A stretch of 64,000 bases of DNA from Paludibacteraceae bacterium (GTDB lineage: Bacteria; Bacteroidota; Bacteroidia; Bacteroidales; Paludibacteraceae), in the NCBI GenBank assembly GCA_017525455.1, contig JAFXSS010000152.1, positions 649-64,648 on the forward strand, in the 5' to 3' direction. Below, piece by piece: positions 57,203-64,000 of the stretch (position 1 is its first letter; the number at the start of each line of letters is the position of its first letter). The notes under the pieces are model-generated. The model was not told the origin of the DNA. It was given only the letters and a program-made list of their open reading frames with translations, and did not search any database. The translations under genes and the position numbers were made by a program.

Positions 57203-58036
57203 ATGAGTTACGCTGTCGTTTTACATAGTGTCGTTCCCGTACGCCGGGAACCGCGCGAAGGCGCTGAGCAAGACACTCAGTTGCTGTTCGGCGAATTGTG
57301 CAGGATTATTGAGACCGTACCCGGGTGGTATAAGATTCATAACGAGAGTGACGGTGCAGAAGGATATGTGGACGCTATTATGGTTTCGCCCATGTCTGAC
57401 GAGGAATATACTGCCTACAGTGCCGCACTCGGTCGGAGCACCGCACGCGTCATGCTGCCTATGACGTATGCTGTCAGTGACAACAACGGACAAACCATCC
57501 CCCTCACCTTAGGCACACTGCTGCCTGACTATGCCAACGGACAGTTTCAGGTATTAGGCGTATCGTTCCGTATCGACAGTGCTGCCGTAGCCGAGCAACC
57601 GATGCCGCTCAATCAGAACAACCTGATGCAGGTTCTGCGGTTTATGCTCAACACGCCGTACCTGTGGGGTGGCAAGAACGCACTGGGTATGGACTGCTCG
57701 GGTATGACGCAAACGGTGATGAGCCTGTTCGGCATCCGCCTGCCGCGCAACGCATCGCAGCAGGTCAACTGCGGTGAACAGGTCAAGAGCCTCAGCATGG
57801 CTCAACCTGGCGATCTGGTGTTCTTCGACCATGCCGATACCGACTGCAACGGCAGTCTGCCGCATAACTGCTCCGGTGATACACGCATCACGCATGTAGG
57901 ATTGCTACTGGACTCCGAGCGCGTCATCCATTGCTCCGGACGGGTTAAGCTCGAGCATATCGACGAGCGCGGCATCTTGAGCACGGAGCGCCAGGGATAT
58001 ACCCATCATCTGGCAGCTATCAAACGTATGCAATAA
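57203..58036 (+). CDS. C40 (NlpC/P60) family peptidase with an N-terminal SH3b-like domain
   Basis: YLWGGKNALGMDCSGMTQTVMSLFGIRLPRNASQQ (catalytic Cys), and a downstream ITHVGLLL histidine. Confidence 0.8.
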   Translation: MSYAVVLHSVVPVRREPREGAEQDTQLLFGELCRIIETVPGWYKIHNESDGAEGYVDAIMVSPMSDEEYTAYSAALGRSTARVMLPMTYAVSDNNGQTIPLTLGTLLPDYANGQFQVLGVSFRIDSAAVAEQPMPLNQNNLMQVLRFMLNTPYLWGGKNALGMDCSGMTQTVMSLFGIRLPRNASQQVNCGEQVKSLSMAQPGDLVFFDHADTDCNGSLPHNCSGDTRITHVGLLLDSERVIHCSGRVKLEHIDERGILSTERQGYTHHLAAIKRMQ

Positions 58037-58065
58037 TTCAAGTACGATTTATAACTATTCTTGCA

Positions 58066-60087
58066 ATGAAGAAATATCTGCTTCTCATCACCTGTGCTGC
58101 ATGCTTGCTTACTGCAACTGCACTGCAGGCAGCCACATGCAAGCCTGTCAGCGTCAGTTATCTGCAGAGCAGCATGGGCGATATGACTACCGATGCCGGT
58201 GATATATGGACATGGGACGGTTCGTACAACTGCGCCAAGGCACGTAAAGTCGGAGGCGGTGAGGGACATCTGTTCACGCCGGCAGTGGACTTGTCCGGTG
58301 TGGATGAGATCATCGTCAAGTTCAGTCACACCCACCGGTATGCCGCTGATCCGGCTACTGACTACACACTGTGGGTAACCGATGATTACCGGGGCAGTTA
58401 TGCTGCTTCCGCATGGCGGCAACTGACTATCTCGCCTTACGGCACGAATACCAACTGGACCTTTGTGGATGCCACTGTCAATGTGCCCGTAGCGTATGTT
58501 GGCACAAATACTGTCTTCTGCTTCCGCTACACCAGCACCGAAACCACCAACGGCACATGGGAAATCAAGAACCTGCGCATCACAGGCAATTGTGAGGGTG
58601 CTACTGCACCGCCCGTGGCACTGCCCGAGATTGGCAACGGACAACTCAAAGTCTGCGGACAGAACCTGCTTAACTACTACATCAACTACAATACCGGTCG
58701 AGGCGATTACACGCGCGAAGAGTTTGCCGCTAAGACGCGCAAGATTACCGACGCCGTGCTGTGGATTGACGCCGATATCTATGCTTTCTGCGAGTTGGAG
58801 GCACAGGATGTTATCCTCCGCCAATTGGTGGATTCGCTCAACAGGATAACCAAGAGTAGTCGTTTCTCGTACGTGATTGACGGCATCGATGTGCCGTGGG
58901 ATGAATACGACAACAATCTCAAGTCCGGCTTCATCTACCGCAACGACAAGGTTAAAACCATCGGCAGCAACATGCCCGCATACAATGCCAATTATTACGG
59001 CAACACCATGCGTATCCAGACCTTCGAGGAGTTGAGTTCGGGCGAGCGACTCACGGTGTCTATGAACCACTTCAAGTCCAAAGCAGGCAGCGCCGAGGAT
59101 CAGGGCAACTCCACCCGCGTGACCAATGCTACCCGACTGATTGAGAATCTGCCGTCCAAAGCCCTGGACAAAGATATCCTTATCCTCGGTGACTTGAACT
59201 GCGAAGTGGGCGAAGAACCGCTACTGATTATCGAGGCTGCAGGTTACACCGAACAACTCATAAAATACAACTCTAACGCCTATTCGCACTGCTACGGAGG
59301 AGGCGAACTTATCGACCATGTCTATGCCAACGCAAGTATGGCGGAGCAGATCACAGGAGCGGGAGTATTCCATATCTCTACCGGCTGCGGCAGCGATGCG
59401 TCGGCCAATATCGACCATCGCTATTCCGACCACGACCCGTACATCGTAGGCATCAACCTGGCATCGGCGCAATCTACCGAATGTGAACAGATTCAGGCCA
59501 GTTACCTGCCTACAGGTGCAAGCGACCTGGGCGAGATGAAGGCTATTGCTATCAGCGGCAAGTACAATTGGCGTTACCAGAGCAGTTACGGTGCTACATG
59601 TCAGGACAAGGGCGGCGAGAACTGGCTGCTCACACCGGCATACGAACTGTCGAAGGCGGCTACGGTCACACTGGCGTTTGAACATGCTGTCAATTATGCC
59701 AACGACATGCAATCGCAGCAGACACTGTGGGTAACCGATGATTTTAGTGATGTTGAGAACTCACAATGGCGGCAACTGACTATCCCGAACTATCCGGCCG
59801 GAACCAACTGGACATTCGTTCCTGCCACGGTTAACGTGCCGACATCACTCGTGGGCAAAAATACCGTATTCGGATTCAAGTACAGCGTGCCGGCTGATGC
59901 GGCCAACTCTACCACTTGGGAAATCAAGAACCTCAGCATCTCCGTCACTTGCGACGAGACGCATACCGATATCCTCACTCCTTCTGCCGGCAAATCGGCT
60001 GTCAGAAAAATGCTGATGGACGGACGGTTGTACATCGTTATGCCTAACGGCGAGCGATATTCGGTTATGGGTGAGCGAATTCAATAA
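58066..60087 (+). CDS. secreted endonuclease/exonuclease/phosphatase (EEP) family nuclease flanked by two copies of a ~150 aa beta-sandwich domain
   Basis: The signal peptide ends ...ALQA|A. The central EEP domain ends in IDHRYSDHDPYIVGINL. The N- and C-terminal domains share TLWVTDD...WRQLTI...TNWTFV.ATVNVP...G.NTVF.F.Y......TWEIKNL.I...C. Confidence 0.75.
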   Translation: MKKYLLLITCAACLLTATALQAATCKPVSVSYLQSSMGDMTTDAGDIWTWDGSYNCAKARKVGGGEGHLFTPAVDLSGVDEIIVKFSHTHRYAADPATDYTLWVTDDYRGSYAASAWRQLTISPYGTNTNWTFVDATVNVPVAYVGTNTVFCFRYTSTETTNGTWEIKNLRITGNCEGATAPPVALPEIGNGQLKVCGQNLLNYYINYNTGRGDYTREEFAAKTRKITDAVLWIDADIYAFCELEAQDVILRQLVDSLNRITKSSRFSYVIDGIDVPWDEYDNNLKSGFIYRNDKVKTIGSNMPAYNANYYGNTMRIQTFEELSSGERLTVSMNHFKSKAGSAEDQGNSTRVTNATRLIENLPSKALDKDILILGDLNCEVGEEPLLIIEAAGYTEQLIKYNSNAYSHCYGGGELIDHVYANASMAEQITGAGVFHISTGCGSDASANIDHRYSDHDPYIVGINLASAQSTECEQIQASYLPTGASDLGEMKAIAISGKYNWRYQSSYGATCQDKGGENWLLTPAYELSKAATVTLAFEHAVNYANDMQSQQTLWVTDDFSDVENSQWRQLTIPNYPAGTNWTFVPATVNVPTSLVGKNTVFGFKYSVPADAANSTTWEIKNLSISVTCDETHTDILTPSAGKSAVRKMLMDGRLYIVMPNGERYSVMGERIQ

Positions 60088-60105
60088 CAATCAAATCTAT
60101 CAATT

Positions 60106-60795
60106 ATGAATAACAACCACATTTTTTCAGCATGTATCCTGGCCATCGGTATAGCCTTGGCAGGATTGTTTGTCTACTGTGGCATTCATCAGTTTGCCAC
60201 TAAGGACCGCATCGTTTCAGTCAAGGGTCTTTCCACGCGCGACGTACAAGCTGACTTTGTTGTTTGGCCGCTGGATTTCCAGGTTCGCGGCAATGATATC
60301 AGCGCGTTGTACGACGACATGGCGCGAATCGAGAAGACTGCCAAAGCATTCTTTATCGACAAGGGATTCAAGGAGAGCGAACTCACTCGCGGCAACATCT
60401 CTATCGACGACAATTGGGCCAGTTACTACGGTGCACGCCCCGAGTATCATTACACACTGCGCACATCGCTTATTATCTCTACGCCCGATATCGAGCGTGT
60501 GATTGCCAATCTCGGTTGCCAGAGCGAACTCTTGCGCAAGGGTATGATCCTGCAGTCGTATGATTGGAACACTGACTTCCAGTACAACGGTCTGACGGAT
60601 ATCAAGCCCGAGATGGTACAGGAGGCTACGCAGAACGCACGCCAAGTGGCACAGAAGTTCGCCGAAGATGCACAATGCCGACTCGGAAGCATTCAGTATG
60701 CCAATCAGGGACAGTTCTCCGTGGAGTCGGACAACTACCAGCCCTGGATTAAGCACGTTCGCGTCGTTACTACGGTATCGTATTACCTCAAGTAA
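60106..60795 (+). CDS. SIMPL (DUF541) domain-containing protein
   Basis: N-terminal TM anchor, then KDRIVSVKGLSTRDVQADFVVWPLDF and a C-terminal ARQVAQKFAEDA pattern, both typical of SIMPL/YggE-like proteins. Confidence 0.7.
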   Translation: MNNNHIFSACILAIGIALAGLFVYCGIHQFATKDRIVSVKGLSTRDVQADFVVWPLDFQVRGNDISALYDDMARIEKTAKAFFIDKGFKESELTRGNISIDDNWASYYGARPEYHYTLRTSLIISTPDIERVIANLGCQSELLRKGMILQSYDWNTDFQYNGLTDIKPEMVQEATQNARQVAQKFAEDAQCRLGSIQYANQGQFSVESDNYQPWIKHVRVVTTVSYYLK

Positions 60796-60846
60796 TCTAG
60801 AAATCCAGAAGTCTAGAAGTCTAGTAATCTAGAAGTCTAGAAATAG
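60788..60846. repeat. 8 bp tandem repeat (about 7 units, TCTAGAAR), CTAG-rich
   Basis: tcaagtaa|tctagaaa|tccagaag|tctagaag|tctagtaa|tctagaag|tctagaaa|tag. The first unit contains the SIMPL gene's stop codon. Confidence 0.85.
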
Positions 60847-60874
60847 TCCGCAGGACGTTCAAATCCATAAATTA

Positions 60875-60904
60875 AGAAGTGGCCTCTTCGGGTCACTTCT
60901 TTTT
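60875..60904. terminator. bidirectional intrinsic terminator between convergent genes
   Basis: A 10 bp stem AGAAGTGGCC/GGTCACTTCT (one G.T pair) with a 6 nt loop. TTTT follows on the plus strand, and the minus side is A/T-rich. The stem includes the stop codon of 60893-61246. Confidence 0.7.
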
Positions 60905-61246
60905 GCCATACATCAGATGTTTCTTCTTATTCTCGCGCCAGCCGGCTTGGTACTCATGGTCTACAAAGCATATCTTCAGGTCAGCTTGATACTCGTGGTC
61001 AACAAAGTATATCTTCACATCCGCCTGATACTCATGGCTCACAAAATACCATCGGCCTTTATTGCCTTCCGCCTGATATTCATGGCTCTCCTTGTACACC
61101 AGCAGGTCGGCTTGATACTCATGATCCACCACATATACCTTAACATCGGCCTGATACTCATGGTCGGTGGAGTAAACTTTCTGCGCATGTACGGTTGCGG
61201 CACACAATAGGGTCAACACGATGACCGTCAATCGATGATGTTTCAT
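60893..61246 (-). CDS. secreted tandem-repeat protein (six ~13 aa units, [VI]DHEYQAD-x-K-[VI]-Y-x-V)
   Basis: Signal peptide MKHHRLTVIVLTLLCAATVHA|QK. Then KVYSTDHEYQAD / VKVYVVDHEYQAD / LLVYKESHEYQAE / WYFVSHEYQAD / VKIYFVDHEYQAD / LKICFVDHEYQAG, followed by a basic tail. Confidence 0.7.
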   Translation of the reverse strand: MKHHRLTVIVLTLLCAATVHAQKVYSTDHEYQADVKVYVVDHEYQADLLVYKESHEYQAEGNKGRWYFVSHEYQADVKIYFVDHEYQADLKICFVDHEYQAGWRENKKKHLMYGKKK

Positions 61247-61249
61247 AGT

Positions 61250-62374
61250 TTATTTGTTTTGAGTGATGATATCCGCAGCCGTCTCTGCTGCCGGCCGGGT
61301 GCCCAGTTCCTGTCGGATTTCCGCATAACCTTCGCGTATCTTGGCCACGTACGCTTCGTCGCCCAGCAATCGGTTCAGTTCGCTCGCCAGACTGTCCACT
61401 GTGAAGTGACGTGCCAGCAGTTCCACTATCAGTTCGCGTTTCGCCAATATATTCACCAGTGTGAAATGCGGTATACGCAGCACCAGGAATCGCATTATAT
61501 CCAGCATCACACCGCCTGCCAGATGATATACCGCTACTTGCGGACAGCCTAACAGTGCTGTTTCCAGCGTTGCTGTACCGGAGTTGACCACAGCAGCCCG
61601 CGCATGTGCTACGGCCTGATACGTATCGCGCCTCAGTTCTACGGTCGGATAACCGGCCAGCATACTGCTGTAGAACTCTGTTTCTATACCCGGCGCAGCC
61701 GTCACTACTATTTTCCGTATGTCGGGATAGGCCTCCAGCGCCTTGGTTGTGCCGGCTAACATTCGCGGCAGACAGTTCTCTATCTCATGCCTGCGACTTC
61801 CCGGCAGCAGCACCACATAATCCTCATCATCCCGTAACCCGTCTCCCGTAACCGGTCTCCCATAACCCATAACCGCCTCCGCCGTCGGGTTACCTACATA
61901 CGTACATGCGTACCCGTATTGGGCATAGAAGTCCGGTTCGAAAGGAAAGATACCCAATATACGGTCACAATACTTGCCGATGGAGTGCACGCGCCAGCGT
62001 TTCCACGCCCATATCTTTGGCGGTATATAATACGTAACGCGCATGTCGGGCAGATGGTGCTTGGCAAACTGTGCCATATGCAGATTGAATCCCGGATAGT
62101 CTATCAGTATCAGTTCGTCGGGTTGTTCGCTCAGCAGGGCTTGCTCGGCTATGCGGATATTGTTGCGTATATCCCGCATGTGCCGTATCACCTGCACATA
62201 GCCCAGGTAGGCCATCTTGTTGTAATGCTGGTACAATCGGCAGCCGGCTGCTTGCATTTTGTCACCGCCTAAGCCTACGAACGTCGCGTTCGCATCACGC
62301 TGATGCAGAGCTTCTATCAGTCGCGCGGCATGCATGTCGCCCGATGCTTCACCGGCTATCAGAAAGTACTTCAT
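61250..62374 (-). CDS. lpxB: lipid-A-disaccharide synthase
   Basis: MKYFLIAGEASGDMHAARLI N-terminus, a GT19 family hallmark; 374 aa. Confidence 0.95.
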   Translation of the reverse strand: MKYFLIAGEASGDMHAARLIEALHQRDANATFVGLGGDKMQAAGCRLYQHYNKMAYLGYVQVIRHMRDIRNNIRIAEQALLSEQPDELILIDYPGFNLHMAQFAKHHLPDMRVTYYIPPKIWAWKRWRVHSIGKYCDRILGIFPFEPDFYAQYGYACTYVGNPTAEAVMGYGRPVTGDGLRDDEDYVVLLPGSRRHEIENCLPRMLAGTTKALEAYPDIRKIVVTAAPGIETEFYSSMLAGYPTVELRRDTYQAVAHARAAVVNSGTATLETALLGCPQVAVYHLAGGVMLDIMRFLVLRIPHFTLVNILAKRELIVELLARHFTVDSLASELNRLLGDEAYVAKIREGYAEIRQELGTRPAAETAADIITQNK

Positions 62375-62387
62375 TTTCGCGTTTCGG

Positions 62388-62672
62388 TTATAACAGGATT
62401 ATAGCGGCTGCCATGTACGGGATTATGCCCACCAGCACTCCTTTGGCCAGTTTCCACACGTTCAGTTCGTATAGCAGGAACATCACCGCCATGTTCGCAA
62501 ACGTCCCCAGCAGCAACATACGTCCTATCACGGGCTTGAGCATATCGTACATCCCTTCCTGCCACAGGTGCTGCAATCCTATCGTATGCGCATAAGCCAG
62601 ACAGAACAATGCCGGCAACAATATACCTATCGCCAGTCCCAGCCAGAACGAGTCCCACTTGGTTGTTGTCAT
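62388..62672 (-). CDS. small hypothetical membrane protein (94 aa, 3 TM)
   Basis: Hydrophobic ORF packed between surE and lpxB with gaps of 5 and 13 nt. Confidence 0.5.
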   Translation of the reverse strand: MTTTKWDSFWLGLAIGILLPALFCLAYAHTIGLQHLWQEGMYDMLKPVIGRMLLLGTFANMAVMFLLYELNVWKLAKGVLVGIIPYMAAAIILL

Positions 62673-62677
62673 AATCC

Positions 62678-63424
62678 TTATAGCAGATGATATGCTGTCG
62701 TATCGATGTTCGTCGGGGTTATACTTATGCGGTGGTGTGCCAGGGCATACTCGTCGGTATCTTCGGCATCCGGCTCGTGGTTGACGAATGTACCTACCAG
62801 CAGATAATACGTGCGTCCCTCATCGTCGGTGTACGGTGCCAACTCTTTCTCCCAGTGCGCCTTGCTTTGGCGCGTCCACTGCAGACCTTCTATTGCGCCT
62901 ACCGGGAAGTTCACATTGTAGCATATGCCGTATGGCACCTCTTCCTCCATCAGATGACGCGTTATGTCGGGTATGTACTTCTCCGCCTCCGTCAGGTCGA
63001 TATCTGCCTGATGGTCGCAATACGAGTATCCTATGGCCGGTATGCCGTGCTCCGCGGCTACCATGCAGGCGCCCATCGTGCCCGAGTAGATCACATTGAT
63101 CGAGGCGTTCGAACCGTGATTGATACCCGATACTACAAGGTCTATCTTCTTCTCGTCGCCGCCGAACAGTGCGTTTATCGCCAGTTTGATGCAGTCCGCC
63201 GGAGTGCCGTTGGTGGTATATATCTCCGCCTCATCCAACCCGTACGCTGCACCGTCCACGCGCGTCAGGTACATCGGTTTCTGCACGGATATGCAAGCCG
63301 CAGCACCGCTGCGCGGACCTTCAGGGGCAATCACATACACCTTACCGAAGGGCAGCATCAGCCGCGTCAGGGTCAATATACCTTTGGTGCCCCAACCGTC
63401 ATCGTTCGTTATCAGTATGTTCAT
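62678..63424 (-). CDS. surE: 5'/3'-nucleotidase SurE
   Basis: MNILITNDDGWGTKGI and SGINHGSNAS motifs. Confidence 0.95.
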   Translation of the reverse strand: MNILITNDDGWGTKGILTLTRLMLPFGKVYVIAPEGPRSGAAACISVQKPMYLTRVDGAAYGLDEAEIYTTNGTPADCIKLAINALFGGDEKKIDLVVSGINHGSNASINVIYSGTMGACMVAAEHGIPAIGYSYCDHQADIDLTEAEKYIPDITRHLMEEEVPYGICYNVNFPVGAIEGLQWTRQSKAHWEKELAPYTDDEGRTYYLLVGTFVNHEPDAEDTDEYALAHHRISITPTNIDTTAYHLL

Positions 63425-64000
63425 TGTATGGCGTCTTTTATCTGCTGTGCCAGTGCATTGGCCTCAGCCTCGGTGGCGGCTTCGCTGTAGATGCGGATGA
63501 TCGGTTCGGTGTTCGACTTGCGCAGATGAACCCACCCGTCCGCAAAATCTATCTTCACACCGTCTATCGTTGTTATACGCTCGCTGGCATAACGCTGCTT
63601 GATGCGCTCCAGCAATGCATCCACATCCATCTCAGGTGTCAGATCGATTCTATTCTTCGATATGCAGTACTCCGGATAAGTCTTTCTCAGTTCGCTCACC
63701 TTCATGCCGCTGTGTGCCAGATTACTCAGGAACAGTGCCACACCTACCAGTGCGTCGCGACCGTAATGGCTGGCCGGATAGATCACTCCGCCGTTGCCCT
63801 CGCCGCCTATCACAGCGCCGTTCTTACGCATCAGCGTCGTTACGTTCACCTCACCTACTGCCGATGCCTCGTACGTGCCGCCGTAGCGCTTCGTAACGTC
63901 AGCCAGCGCACGCGATGACGACAGGTTGCTCACCGTGTTTCCCGGCGTATGTTGCAGCACATAGTCCGCCACGCTTACCAGCGTATATTCCTCGCCGAAC
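63421..64000 (-). CDS. glmM: phosphoglucosamine mutase / phosphohexomutase, C-terminal part; gene runs off the right edge
   Basis: GGEGNGGVIYP (sugar-binding loop) and RKSNTEPIIRIYSEA (phosphate-binding loop). The frame stays open to the window end (FGEEYTLVSVADYV...), and the track's M at 63972 is an internal GTG. Its stop overlaps the surE start (ATGA). Confidence 0.85.
   Translation of the reverse strand, partial: FGEEYTLVSVADYVLQHTPGNTVSNLSSSRALADVTKRYGGTYEASAVGEVNVTTLMRKNGAVIGGEGNGGVIYPASHYGRDALVGVALFLSNLAHSGMKVSELRKTYPEYCISKNRIDLTPEMDVDALLERIKQRYASERITTIDGVKIDFADGWVHLRKSNTEPIIRIYSEAATEAEANALAQQIKDAIQ

Noticed and set aside
60788-60846. The 8 bp and 22 bp (37276-37341) tandem repeats as CRISPR arrays.
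   Set aside because: The units are contiguous with no spacers, far shorter than CRISPR repeats, and no cas genes are present.

Overview
This 64 kb window looks like a Bacteroidota chromosome, most likely Bacteroidales. The evidence is the repeated TAnnTTTG -7 promoter boxes, the high density of lipoproteins, and syntenies such as surE-lpxB and folP-cdaA. No rRNA, tRNA, CRISPR array, integrase or transposase was found. About 60 CDS are supported, and most are housekeeping: mrdA'-mreDCB, HIT, greA, miaB, kdsA/kdsD, gyrB, typA, ddl, mpl, a fused glutamate synthase small chain, deoC, psd, mutL, acpP-fabF, murI, a ClC channel, obg, metG, cdaA, folP, gcvH, nadB, lpxB, surE and glmM'. The exception is an accessory island at about 13.3-24.3 kb, between gyrB and typA. 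It holds 15 co-oriented minus-strand genes, almost all lipoproteins. They form two paralogous cassettes plus a TPR-TM-HTH one-component regulator, and the island ends in a tightly coupled membrane-protein / radical SAM-SPASM gene pair. All three transcription units are preceded, at identical spacing from the promoter, by a conserved upstream element. Two copies are 105 bp long with 2 mismatches; the third is diverged but keeps the same sub-motifs at the same 57 bp spacing. Several island lipoproteins share a YG[TSV]P motif just after the lipobox Cys, and two are 66-72 aa mini-lipoproteins made of little else. I propose this as the candidate undescribed system: a radical SAM-associated surface-lipoprotein module with its own cis-element and regulator. 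Smaller oddities are a promoter-plus-terminator leader upstream of greA, a 22 bp iteron-like tandem repeat, an 8 bp CTAG-rich tandem repeat, a secreted HEYQAD tandem-repeat protein, an acidic poly-E/G insertion in a GldJ-like lipoprotein, and a C-terminal tag shared by two secreted proteins. All functional calls come from motif recognition by eye; no database searches were run.
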